The notes: a model not told the origin generated them from the sequence alone. A DNA stretch of 64,000 bases from Patescibacteria group bacterium (GCA_041664365.1 JBAYKW010000005.1:29204-93203); one strand, 5' to 3'; shown: positions 8,540 to 18,053, counted from the stretch's first letter. Numbers and translations: made by a program.

Positions 8540-9448
8540 CTATCCTGATATCACTGATAATTTTCCCGGTATCATTTCTATTTCAAATTTTTTCATTAAC
8601 GGTAACAGTTCTCCGTCTAACTGCGCCTGCAGATTATGTCGTGATTCAATTGTAACTTTTTTTGCGGTATATGTGTGAACTTCAGGAAGTTTTAAATGTG
8701 TTCCTTTCATAATTTTTGGAATATTCCTTAAAGCATAAAATCTTCCCATTTTATCAATCTGACATACTGTGAATAAACCATCATCAATTTCTGCCGATGG
8801 CGCCACTCTAAAACCACCGCCATATTGTGTTCCGTTACATGTAGCAACTAATAATATTTTCTTTTCTAGAACAATATCGTTATCCAAAACTATTCTGGCT
8901 TCTCTGAATCTATACGTCACCAGTGTTCTAAGAACTGCTGCTAAATAACCGGGGTAACCAGGAAAGTATTTCAGATACTTTCTGACCCGTGCAGCCGCTT
9001 CACCGTCAAACCCTACGCCCATTCCATTAACAAAAATATATTCCTCGTTAACCTTACCTAAATCAACTTTCCGGATATGGCCGCGAATCAAGGTATCAAG
9101 TGCTTTATGCAGATTTTTTGATATCCCCACCATCGGGGCAAAATCATTGCCGGATCCGGTCGGCAGTATTCCCAGCACCGCGGGTGTATCATAAATCCCA
9201 GCAGCCACTTCACTGATCGTACCGTCACCTCCCACCGCCACTACAACTTCATATTCCTTTGCCGCTTCCCGTGCCAATTTTGTTGCTTCTTTAGGTTCTT
9301 TGGTCAGCACTTTCTCGTATTCCAGATTGTGCTTTCGGCAAAATACCTGCACCTCCGTAATAAATGATAGCTTTTTACCTTTCCCCGCTTCCGGGTTCAC
9401 AATAAAATAGAATTTTTTATACATTTGTTTTTCCGTATAATTTTTCAA
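8540..9448 (-). CDS. YegS/DgkB-family lipid (diacylglycerol) kinase; start may be 9424
   Basis: NPEAG, GGDGT, PTGSGNDF, QLDGE motifs. Confidence 0.9.
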   Translation of the reverse strand: MKNYTEKQMYKKFYFIVNPEAGKGKKLSFITEVQVFCRKHNLEYEKVLTKEPKEATKLAREAAKEYEVVVAVGGDGTISEVAAGIYDTPAVLGILPTGSGNDFAPMVGISKNLHKALDTLIRGHIRKVDLGKVNEEYIFVNGMGVGFDGEAAARVRKYLKYFPGYPGYLAAVLRTLVTYRFREARIVLDNDIVLEKKILLVATCNGTQYGGGFRVAPSAEIDDGLFTVCQIDKMGRFYALRNIPKIMKGTHLKLPEVHTYTAKKVTIESRHNLQAQLDGELLPLMKKFEIEMIPGKLSVISG

Positions 9449-10082
9449 ACTGATCTAATGTTAAAGCATTATTGCAGGAATATTCTCCAACTCTGCTTCG
9501 CTTCAAATATTTCAAATAGCCACCGCCTACTCCCAGTTTTTCGCCGATATTTTTCCCGAGCGATCTGATATAAACACCCGGCCCAGTAATAGCTTTAATA
9601 GTCAGCATTGGCCAGTCATAGTGTACGATATCGATCTTTTTTATTTCAACGTCACGGGCCTCTAACTCAACCGGTTTTCCTTTTCTGGCAAATTTATATG
9701 CTTCCTTGCCGTTGACCTTAACCGCGCTGTAGATTGGCGGGATTTGTTTTATCTTGCCGACAAATAATTTTATCGCTTCCTTAACTTCCGCATGCGTCGG
9801 AATAGATTTTACCGCTATCGATGTTTTTTCTCCCTCCGCATCATCAGTTGTACTTGTTACCCCTAGCATAATGGTTGTGATATATTCTTTTTCCTTTTGT
9901 ACCTCAGTACTCAGTTTTTTAGTCGCTTCCCTTCCAATACCAACCACCAGGACCCCCTCCGCTAATGGGTCCAGGGTGCCGGCGTGTCCGATTCTTTTTT
10001 CTCCGGTAATCTTTCTGAGCCTGTAAACAACATCATGCGAAGTCGGACCTTTTTCTTTATAAATTGCAAATATTCCGTTCAT
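9417..10082 (-). CDS. truB: tRNA pseudouridine(55) synthase
   Basis: GHAGTLDPLAEGVL, PPIYSAVKVNGK, GVYIRSL. Confidence 0.95.
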   Translation of the reverse strand: MNGIFAIYKEKGPTSHDVVYRLRKITGEKRIGHAGTLDPLAEGVLVVGIGREATKKLSTEVQKEKEYITTIMLGVTSTTDDAEGEKTSIAVKSIPTHAEVKEAIKLFVGKIKQIPPIYSAVKVNGKEAYKFARKGKPVELEARDVEIKKIDIVHYDWPMLTIKAITGPGVYIRSLGKNIGEKLGVGGGYLKYLKRSRVGEYSCNNALTLDQFEKLYGKTNV

Positions 10083-10522
10083 GTAATTTGAGTGTATAAA
10101 CCAACAAGTTGCGCTTTTTCCAGTATATGCCCCTTCATTGCCTTTTCTAATTCCTTCTTACCATGCGATTTGTCCAGGTCAATTAATGTATCCAGAGCAT
10201 AAATTTTAAAAAAATACCGATGAGTGCCCGATGGCGGACATGGTCCTCCGTATTTATTATCTCCTCTGGTGTTCTTTCCTTCGACAGCACCTTCCATTAC
10301 ACAATCTTCAGCAATATCAAATGTATTACTATCAATATTCCAAACAACCCAATGGACCCAAGTTGCGCCTGGAGCATCCGGATCATCATTGATTAACGCT
10401 AAACTTTTTGTACTGGGCGGAACTTCACTAATTCTAAGCGGTGGACTGATATTATCCCCGTTGCAGGTATATTTAGACGGGATCATTTCATTATCCAGAA
10501 ATACGGGACTGGTAATTTTCAT
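10079..10522 (-). CDS. YbhB/YbcL (PEBP) family protein
   Basis: DPDAP, HWVVWNI, GPCPPSGTHRY. Confidence 0.92.
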   Translation of the reverse strand: MKITSPVFLDNEMIPSKYTCNGDNISPPLRISEVPPSTKSLALINDDPDAPGATWVHWVVWNIDSNTFDIAEDCVMEGAVEGKNTRGDNKYGGPCPPSGTHRYFFKIYALDTLIDLDKSHGKKELEKAMKGHILEKAQLVGLYTQIT

Positions 10523-10536
10523 AAATCCCCACCTTT

Positions 10537-11217
10537 CTAAATTACGTCCTTAAGTGTTATATTTTTGTACTGACCTTCTTTCAGGTTTCCCAGTTCCAAT
10601 TTTCCAATGCGTACTCTTTTTAATTTTGTTACACCATAGCCCATCTTTTCACACATTCTCCGAACCTGCCTTTTCTTACCTTCAATAATTACGATAGAAA
10701 ATTTTCTGACATCAGTCTGCTTAATCTTGGCAGGCAATGTTTTATATTTATTAATGTAAACTCCCGTGCTCATCATTTTCAGAAACTTCTCAGAAATATC
10801 CCTGGTTACTTCTACCTGATATTCCTTTTCTACTTTATTCTGGCCTCTTAATATTTTATTTACGACTTCTCCGTCATTGGTCAGTAAAATCAGACCGGAA
10901 CTGATCACATCCAGCCTTCCGATAGTATAGACTCTTTCGGGATACCCTACCGCGTCAATTATATTATCTTTGGCTTTCGGATCACTGGTACAGATTACCC
11001 CGACCGGTTTGTTAAAAGCCAGATAAATCTTTTCCGCGGTATCTGTTTTGACACGCTCTCCGTCAACAACAACGTCATCACCCGGCAATACTTTATCTCC
11101 GAGTTTTGCCTTTCTATTATTAATCTCTACCCTTCCCTGCTCAATCAAACGATCTGCTTCACGACGCGAACAGTAGTTGGCTTGAGTCAGGTATTTATTG
11201 ATTCTTGTTTCTTCCAT
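10537..11217 (-). CDS. rRNA pseudouridine synthase, RsuA/RluB/RluF family, with S4 domain
   Basis: CSRREAD S4 start, GRLD catalytic motif, EGKKRQVRRM. Confidence 0.92.
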   Translation of the reverse strand: MEETRINKYLTQANYCSRREADRLIEQGRVEINNRKAKLGDKVLPGDDVVVDGERVKTDTAEKIYLAFNKPVGVICTSDPKAKDNIIDAVGYPERVYTIGRLDVISSGLILLTNDGEVVNKILRGQNKVEKEYQVEVTRDISEKFLKMMSTGVYINKYKTLPAKIKQTDVRKFSIVIIEGKKRQVRRMCEKMGYGVTKLKRVRIGKLELGNLKEGQYKNITLKDVI

Positions 11218-11316
11218 AGGAGTATCATAGCATGAGCGGTAATTATTAGAAAATAGCCTTTAAAATCCAAAAAACTGCTACACAATTGTAACAGTTTTTT
11301 TATATATACCATCAGA

Positions 11317-11370
11317 GCTTGAAAGACGACCCACACCCACATACCCGCAGTAGCGAGCCGTCTTTCAAGC
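11317..11370 (-). terminator. Hairpin downstream of the Cys-rich gene
   Basis: GCTTGAAAGACG/CGTCTTTCAAGC inverted repeat; no immediate U tract. Confidence 0.45.
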
Positions 11371-11396
11371 ATGTTTTAATACAACTTTCATCACAA

Positions 11397-11870
11397 TTAG
11401 CTTACCGGGTTGTCCATAGCGAATTTTGGTGGACAACATGTACTATTGGTAACTGGCAGACCACTATAACATAGCTTTACATCACCAAAAGTGCAATTCA
11501 CTGCAACACTATCATCTACATCTAGCGCCCCAATTGGATTGTCCATCATCTTTGGCGGGCAACATTTACTATTTGTAACTGCTAGACCGCTATAACATAA
11601 CTTTACATCGCTAAAACTGCAAACCTTTGCAACACTATCATCAATATCTAATGCCCCAATTGGATCTTCCATTTGGTACTTCGGCGGGCAACATCTACTG
11701 TTAGGATGACTACCTCCCGCGGCAACACATGCCTTTACTTCCGACATAGTGCAATTGCGAGCAGATGAATCATCGTTTGAGGCTTGTGCCGTATCAACGG
11801 AAAATGCCAATACTGACGCGCCAACGCCCACGATAAGTGCCAATAATATGCCACTTAAAAAATATTTCAT
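11397..11870 (-). CDS. Secreted protein with three tandem Cys-rich repeats
   Basis: Signal peptide; three copies of C-x7-C-x10/11-CCPPK; SD-like AAAGGGGGTG. Confidence 0.75.
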   Translation of the reverse strand: MKYFLSGILLALIVGVGASVLAFSVDTAQASNDDSSARNCTMSEVKACVAAGGSHPNSRCCPPKYQMEDPIGALDIDDSVAKVCSFSDVKLCYSGLAVTNSKCCPPKMMDNPIGALDVDDSVAVNCTFGDVKLCYSGLPVTNSTCCPPKFAMDNPVS

Positions 11871-11997
11871 AATTTTCACCCCCTTTCTTGTTTAAGATAA
11901 TTATCGAGTTCAAAATTTGAACCCTTGAGAAAATGGCGAAGGAGAATGTTAGTCTCCCCCTTCGCCGCTGATTCAAGGAATCAATGAGCAAACTCCG

Positions 11998-14886
11998 CTA
12001 CTTCAGAAGAAGCATCTTGCGCGTAATCGACCGCCCCTCCGCTTCCAGGCGGTAGAAATACGTGCCAGAGGCAACTCGTTGCCCGGAGTCGTCCGTGCCA
12101 TTCCAGACGATCTGGTGCTGACCGGAAACAACCGTTCCGTCGACAAGCGTTGCAACCAGTCCGCCACGGACGTTGAAAACCTTCAGAGAGACATGGTCTT
12201 CGCGCGTCGTGGCAAAGCGGATCGCGGTCTGTGGATTGAACGGGTTCGGGAAGTTCGTTGCCAGTGAAGTCTGGTTCGGAACTTCGTCCCCAACTCCGAC
12301 CGGAACCATGACCGGACCAAGTCTGGTCAGCGGATCCCCGATCTTCATCATGGTGTTCAGTTGCCTGATCACCCACGGCCGGTTGGCGTACAGTACCGCC
12401 ATCTCTTCTTCGGCGAGCGCAATGCTCTCGAAGATTGGCCGCATCGGATCCTCAAGAATCTTGGCCGTGACGTGGTAGCCGATAACCTTGTTCGAGGAAA
12501 GCAGCGAACCACAGCTCGGCCCGTAGAATCCCACCGCACCGGCTTCATGGAACATCATGTCTTCCACCACTGGTGTGTGGTAGTAGGCTGCGTCATCCGT
12601 CGGAGCGATAGCAGCAGTACCACAGGTCGCGCCGATGAAAAACGGATGATGATTCATGAACGGCCAAACCAGGTCCATGCTCCACACGTAGTCGCCAAGC
12701 TCGCGCTTGGAGTACATGTTGCCGGGATAGTGCGGGCCGGACTGGCTTGCGAACATGATGTTGAGGTTGGTGTGTCCGCCCATGTTCCCGTTCCATTGAT
12801 CTGCACAGATCGAGTTGCGCAGTTCGGGGTTCCGGTACACGGATTCCTTCACTTCGGAAGTCCAGTTCCCATGCGATTGGAGCAGGGTACGGACAGTGTC
12901 CGCAGAAGCTGCGGCAACCGCACCGTCTCCAGGAGCTATGTGATCCATATCGCCGACAAACAACCCGACTCCGGACGAAGTCCAAGGAGTCCAGTAATCA
13001 GTCGACTCCTGTGCCACCAGCGAAGCCGCAGCAATCTGCAACAGCTCGGTAACCGCAAGGCGCGTTACCACCGTTCCAGGCAGCTCGTATGGCTGATCAG
13101 TGCGGTAGTAAGGCCACCACCATGCAAGATTCCGCCCCCGAGGGAGGTCATCCCGCACGGTAAAGCCAGGAATTACCACATGATCCAGTTGTGGCTGGTA
13201 GCGGTACAGCATCTGCAGCCGGATCGAAGCCCAAGGCCCAGTCCAGTACTCAGACCACCGCGTACCAAGGAAGTAGTGGTAGTCGTTGTCATCTGCACAA
13301 ATGAAGTGGTACCGGGCTCCCTCTGCCGTATGGAGTGCGATGCGCGACTGCAAGTACGCAATCTGCGCGTCTTCCTCCTCCGGCGTCTGCGGATACCCGG
13401 GAACAACATCCACCAGAACAGTGTAGCCGAACAGGCGACGGTAAGCTGCGTATTGTTCCACAGCGGCCGCGAATGGCGCTACTGTGTAGCAAACCAGCGT
13501 TTCCCCGTCACCGATGTTCATCGGAAGTACCGGTACGATCTCCCCACGGTCACGCGCCGCCTGCTGGTCTGCGATCGCCTGCTCGAAGTAATCGAGTGTG
13601 CGAGGCAGTGCCTGCATTGCGGGACGAGCCAGTGGAACTGTCGGTTGCGCGTAGCCGTGGACGATGATGTTCGGCGGAATGGCGTCTCCGTTGTTATTCT
13701 CCTCCCGTTCGCAGAGACGGAACCATTCGTGACCACTGGCAAGCGCATCGCTGATATCCAGCTGGTACTCCGTGAAACCGGGCCCCTGCTCGATACCGAC
13801 GATTTCCCACGGACCATCCGTGGTAGCCGCCGACTCGACGTAGTATGCTTCAGTCCTATATTCGGATCCAACCAGCCACTTGGCGGTCTGGCCTTCAACC
13901 GAAAAATGGACGTCCGCAGCGCCGTTGGTGCCGACGAAGAATCCCCACATATCAGTCAAATGGACAATGGGAATTCCGTTGCCACTTGTGAAGTTCCCGG
14001 TAACCCAACCGGTGCCATTACCAGTAGCACAGAGTCTCGCACGGTAGGTGTGATCATCTGCCCAGGAACCTGAGCAAACTTGCACGAGCCCATCACCCGT
14101 GGGAGTTCCTGTCATGGCGCCCGTGAAGGTCCATTCAACATCAAGTCCTTCTGCAGGCACGATCAGTCCGAACTCAGGAGATTCTACGACTTCCGGTGCC
14201 AAAATCGTCGCACCTTCACCAGCTACCACAATTGAGCCGTCTCGGGAACTTGTGACAGTTGAACCACTGCCCATCGATTCCCAAAAAGTCTGTGCGTAGT
14301 TGGCGTTAGATGCGGCGAATCCGCAGAATACCCTCCGGCTTCCCCAGGAGCTTTCCCAGGTACTGGAACCACATGCCCAGTTGAAGACGAAGGTGTTGTT
14401 CGAAGTGAACTTGCTACTGATTGCTGTGCTTTTCAAGGCAATACAATAGCTTTCGGCGGTCGTGACTCTCTCAATACTGGCACTTGTCCAGCCATGAGCA
14501 AGATAGAAATCCCAGTTGTTGTCACGAACCGCCATGCTGTTCCGGTCGTACGGTTCAACGCTGATCGCACCATAGGTCCAGCCGTCGACTCCACTACCAT
14601 GGCCGTGCGTCTGGATCCACCAGACTCCATAGCTGTTGTCAAGCAGGTAGTAGAAGTCGTCCATGCCGAAGGAAGGCGCCGTGGTTCCCGGGCTAAGATG
14701 GGCCGCTTCAGTAACAACATAACCCTTGCTGGTCAATGCCGTTACATAGGCCACGCCATCATCCGTACCCCAGGTGTCCTCGTAGAATTGAGCGAGAACC
14801 CCGGTGTTTGTACCCGGAGTATCCGGAGATCCGTACCCCACGCTTGCAGCGAGGAGCAAGATCATGGTGAGCAAGAATCGCTTCAT
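11998..14886 (-). CDS. Secreted clan-CD/gingipain(C25)-like protein with C-terminal FlgD-Ig/T9SS-type domain
   Basis: Signal peptide; THGHG and NWAC; GATCGTA, GAVGFYG and IGDP; C-terminus NFPNPFNP...WNGTDDSGQRVASGTYFYRL...RKMLLLK; SD GGAGGAG. Confidence 0.8.
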   Translation of the reverse strand: MKRFLLTMILLLAASVGYGSPDTPGTNTGVLAQFYEDTWGTDDGVAYVTALTSKGYVVTEAAHLSPGTTAPSFGMDDFYYLLDNSYGVWWIQTHGHGSGVDGWTYGAISVEPYDRNSMAVRDNNWDFYLAHGWTSASIERVTTAESYCIALKSTAISSKFTSNNTFVFNWACGSSTWESSWGSRRVFCGFAASNANYAQTFWESMGSGSTVTSSRDGSIVVAGEGATILAPEVVESPEFGLIVPAEGLDVEWTFTGAMTGTPTGDGLVQVCSGSWADDHTYRARLCATGNGTGWVTGNFTSGNGIPIVHLTDMWGFFVGTNGAADVHFSVEGQTAKWLVGSEYRTEAYYVESAATTDGPWEIVGIEQGPGFTEYQLDISDALASGHEWFRLCEREENNNGDAIPPNIIVHGYAQPTVPLARPAMQALPRTLDYFEQAIADQQAARDRGEIVPVLPMNIGDGETLVCYTVAPFAAAVEQYAAYRRLFGYTVLVDVVPGYPQTPEEEDAQIAYLQSRIALHTAEGARYHFICADDNDYHYFLGTRWSEYWTGPWASIRLQMLYRYQPQLDHVVIPGFTVRDDLPRGRNLAWWWPYYRTDQPYELPGTVVTRLAVTELLQIAAASLVAQESTDYWTPWTSSGVGLFVGDMDHIAPGDGAVAAASADTVRTLLQSHGNWTSEVKESVYRNPELRNSICADQWNGNMGGHTNLNIMFASQSGPHYPGNMYSKRELGDYVWSMDLVWPFMNHHPFFIGATCGTAAIAPTDDAAYYHTPVVEDMMFHEAGAVGFYGPSCGSLLSSNKVIGYHVTAKILEDPMRPIFESIALAEEEMAVLYANRPWVIRQLNTMMKIGDPLTRLGPVMVPVGVGDEVPNQTSLATNFPNPFNPQTAIRFATTREDHVSLKVFNVRGGLVATLVDGTVVSGQHQIVWNGTDDSGQRVASGTYFYRLEAEGRSITRKMLLLK

Positions 14887-14889
14887 GAC

Positions 14890-15588
14890 TTACTCCTCCC
14901 GCGGATTGGGGATGGCCATCGGTCGTTCGAGACTACGAACAGCATCCTCGTGCAACATCCCGCCGTTCCAACTGAATTGCTGGGCAGCGGAAATCTCGAG
15001 ACGAGCCTTGTTCTGCTGCTGCGGATCAATCGGACTGGGCGGAATTGCCTGCCGGACTGACGACGTCACAATGATGATACAACCCTTCTCGATGTACATC
15101 TTCAGGATGCTGAGTTGCGACTCCAGAATCTCGCGCTTGGTCGCGCGATGCGCCGTGTCAACAACGAGGTAGACCTGGGTATCCGGCTCGTCAGTCCAGA
15201 GGTACCCGAAGTTGTTGTCCGACATCTGGAACGCTTTGGCGATCTGTTGATCAGCGTTCATCATCGCTACGAGCTGAGGCGTAATCTCGGCATTCGAAGT
15301 TCCGAGACCCTGCAGTTCGATCTGCTTGTCAACGACACGATTGATCAGTTCCATTTTGTGGATCTGACCAGAGGTAGCAGTGACCACGTCCTTCGGCTTG
15401 TCCGAGATTTCGGGCCACACCTGCACTCCTTTCAGAGTGATGATCTGGCCGTCCGTGGACAGATCGTTGAGAGTGACCACACCCAGGTAGTTGCCATAGG
15501 CGTAAGCCTCGGCGACCGGCTGATCCTGTGCGCTGGCGCTGACCATGCTCGCAAGCACGACCAGCAGAGTGAGAACGAAGTACCGCAT
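14890..15588 (-). CDS. Secreted hypothetical protein, GC-rich, co-transcribed with the 962 aa gene
   Basis: SD GGGAG before ATG 15588; signal peptide MRYFVLTLLVVLASMVSASA. Confidence 0.7.
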   Translation of the reverse strand: MRYFVLTLLVVLASMVSASAQDQPVAEAYAYGNYLGVVTLNDLSTDGQIITLKGVQVWPEISDKPKDVVTATSGQIHKMELINRVVDKQIELQGLGTSNAEITPQLVAMMNADQQIAKAFQMSDNNFGYLWTDEPDTQVYLVVDTAHRATKREILESQLSILKMYIEKGCIIIVTSSVRQAIPPSPIDPQQQNKARLEISAAQQFSWNGGMLHEDAVRSLERPMAIPNPREE

Positions 15589-15757
15589 GGTACTCTCCCT
15601 TCCGGCGTGAAACGCCTTGTGGAAACATGTAGCAAGCAGAATGCTCACTACGCCGTTACTTATGCTTCTTCTAAGTTGTCAATATGCGTGGATACACCGA
15701 ATGCTTTCGATGCTCCGGTCAATTATCCAAACTAACTGACCGCAGAATCGAACCTAT

Positions 15758-15782
15758 AAAAAAACTACCCTAAAATAGGTAG
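15758..15782 (-). terminator. Intrinsic terminator downstream of riboswitch candidate 1
   Basis: CTACC-TATTTTAG-GGTAG followed by T7 on the minus strand. Confidence 0.6.
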
Positions 15783-15821
15783 CCGGCAAATAAATACAAA
15801 AAATTGAACTTATTTTTGCTA

Positions 15822-15923
15822 GAATGTCGGTTACGCTACTGGCTCAAAGCTGTCCTGTCAACCGCACATATTAATGTTTGGGACCAAGCGTCCAATTACA
15901 GACAACTCTTCATCGCCACATTC
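15822..15923 (-). ncRNA. c-di-GMP-II-like riboswitch candidate 1 (GUG junction variant)
   Basis: GAAUG-U-GGC-GAUGAA-P3...GGACGCU...GAGCCAGUAGCGUAACCGA-CAUUC; upstream promoter TTGACA(15996)-17-TAAGCT. Confidence 0.65.
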
Positions 15924-16068
15924 CTCCTTTATTCAGTTGTGATTTTTTGTTTTTATTTTGGTTTGGTAGCTTAGTATATTGTATAAAAAATGTCAAGTCT
16001 CTGCAAATGGAATAAAAAAATAGGGGCGGAATAGCTTCCAAAAAACCCCTATGTTGCGCAACTTAGCG

Positions 16069-16500
16069 CTAAGAACTGGACGAAGTGTGTGCCCACAAAA
16101 TCCCGTTGATCGCGTCACGGACCGTGATCAGAGTGAAGGGCTTGGGCAGATATGCTACCGCACCGAAGCGTTCTTGGAAAGCCTTGCTCAGCGCGGCGGC
16201 TGACTTCTGACTGCCATTCTGACACATGATCACGAGTGGTGTGTGAACGGTGAGTCCGCAACGCTTCAGCTCGTGTGCAAGCCACCCCCCACCCCGAAAC
16301 TGCGGGTTGTCTTCCGGAGCAAAATACTCCGCGAGAATGATGTCGGGACCTTTTCCGTCCTCTTCGATCCAAGCCGTGACGCTCTTCAGTGCAAGCGTAG
16401 CATCCGAACTGCTACGGACATCGTGCCCTTCACACTCCAGGACTTCCACGATGAATGCCTGAGTCTCGCCATTGTGGTCGAAAACGAAGACTTTGCTCAT
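16069..16500 (-). CDS. Stand-alone atypical receiver (CheY-like) domain protein, GC-rich
   Basis: VFVFDHN, PDIILAE (Glu at phosphoacceptor), YLPKPF; SD AGGAGGT. Confidence 0.8.
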   Translation of the reverse strand: MSKVFVFDHNGETQAFIVEVLECEGHDVRSSSDATLALKSVTAWIEEDGKGPDIILAEYFAPEDNPQFRGGGWLAHELKRCGLTVHTPLVIMCQNGSQKSAAALSKAFQERFGAVAYLPKPFTLITVRDAINGILWAHTSSSS

Positions 16501-16702
16501 CGAACCTTACCTCCTGTGCCGGTTTCGCTATTACCCTCATGGCAAACCGCGCTCTTAGGTTAAAGAGCTAAGCGACCAATAACGGTTTCCAATCCTCGGG
16601 CTGGACACACTACTGTGTCCTCACAGAACACTATGGGACATACTTAATGTGCATACAAAAAATCGTCTCTATATGAGACGACGCAACCAAAACACCCCCT
16701 AT

Positions 16703-16773
16703 TGTGTCGGTTACGTCACTGACTCCGGGCTTCCCTTGACGTCCAGATTGGGATCACCTTTCATAGTCTCACA
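16703..16773 (-). ncRNA. c-di-GMP-II-like riboswitch candidate 2 (GAG junction variant)
   Basis: UGUG-A-GAC-UAUGAA...GGACGUC...GGAGUCAGUGACGUAACCGA-CACA; promoter TTGACA-17-TAATAT overlapping the end of the CapA gene. Confidence 0.7.
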
Positions 16774-16816
16774 TGAAATCACTATTCGATTTCTTCCGGG
16801 GATATTAGCATGTTCT

Positions 16817-17923
16817 TTACTGCTTGTCAATACCGACAGCATGATAATCAAAATTCAACCGATCCAAAATAACACTCCCCTCCTCACTACTGGCAAATCT
16901 TGGCTGAGCATAGTCTTCAATAATTACCGGAAAGAATTCAAGCCCGCTGATTCCCTCTTTAGAAAAAGTAATTTCCGCTATCATTCCTTCCCTGGTTTCT
17001 TGAGACCACATCTGGTCAAAAACAAAATTTCCCAGGCTGTAAATAATATATCCTTTCTGATATTTTTCCATTGTCTGCACGACGTGCGGATGGTGACCAA
17101 TCACCAGATCGGCTCCGGATTCAATAGCGGCATGTGCAAAATCTTTTTGGTGCTGATCGGGCGTAAACTCATACTCATTACCATCATGCATAGATACAAT
17201 TACAAAATCGGCAGTTTCGGATGCACCAGAAACATCCTGTTTCATTTTATCAAAATCCATAAAGGCAATTGTTGGTTCCTGCTCTTCAGAATCATAATCC
17301 ATTACAGGACTGCTTGCGTAACTATATGCCAGAAATGCAAACGATATTCCATTAATCTCCTTCGTATAAGTCTGAAATGCATCCTTAACACTTTTCCCCG
17401 CCCCCATATAACCTATTCCGGATTCATCTAAATATTTAAAGGTATCGGATAATCCTTCTTTACCAAAATTCAGAGAATGATTATTGGCGAGTGTAACAAG
17501 ATCAATGCCGGCAAATTGTAATCCTTCGACAGATTCCGGATCGGAGCGAAAAACCATTTCGTTCGTATTGATTTTCCTCCCTAGTGTAATTGGAGATTCC
17601 AGATTACCAAAAGTAATATCAGCACTTTTTAATAATTCTGCTGTTTTGAGAAAAGGATAATTAAAATCACTATATTTCTGCATCTTCGTATCTACGTCTC
17701 TGGAAAGCATAATATCCCCTACTGCCATTATCGTTACAACCGGCTCGTTCTTTTCAATGTCAACAACTGGTTGATTACTATTTATCGTAATATTTGAATT
17801 GTCATGTGCATTTGAAATGTTTCTTGTCGGCTCAATAATGCTTCCGCGGAGAATAAAAAAACCGATTCCAAGAGCTACTGCTATTTCCAGTATAATATAG
17901 TACTTTTTATTGAATATTTTCAT
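16817..17923 (-). CDS. CapA-family (poly-gamma-glutamate synthesis protein-like) metallophosphoesterase
   Basis: VGDIML, GNLESP, LANNH, GHHPHV, YSLGNFVFDQ. Confidence 0.9.
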   Translation of the reverse strand: MKIFNKKYYIILEIAVALGIGFFILRGSIIEPTRNISNAHDNSNITINSNQPVVDIEKNEPVVTIMAVGDIMLSRDVDTKMQKYSDFNYPFLKTAELLKSADITFGNLESPITLGRKINTNEMVFRSDPESVEGLQFAGIDLVTLANNHSLNFGKEGLSDTFKYLDESGIGYMGAGKSVKDAFQTYTKEINGISFAFLAYSYASSPVMDYDSEEQEPTIAFMDFDKMKQDVSGASETADFVIVSMHDGNEYEFTPDQHQKDFAHAAIESGADLVIGHHPHVVQTMEKYQKGYIIYSLGNFVFDQMWSQETREGMIAEITFSKEGISGLEFFPVIIEDYAQPRFASSEEGSVILDRLNFDYHAVGIDKQ

Positions 17924-18053
17924 ATCATAATTATATCACTTTCTGTAAAAAAACCGGGGTAGTTTCTAGATACATAAAGACTGCTTTAGTGTGCGTAATT
18001 GACTAAATACATTTAATTGTTTATTATGATTCTGATCTCTTAAAATTTGCTAT

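Noticed and set aside
12361-14073. 570-aa plus-strand ORF and other long antisense ORFs (4015..4815, 6278..6865, 14494..15060, 15115..15735, 36077..36529)
   Set aside because: Shadows of GC-rich genes on the opposite strand; no SD or domain motifs.
15896-15930. AAGGAGG followed by mini-ORF MKSCL on the minus strand
   Set aside because: Only five codons and overlapping the riboswitch candidate, which explains the sequence better.
16649-17431. 260-aa plus-strand ORF
   Set aside because: Antisense to the CapA gene and the riboswitch leader.
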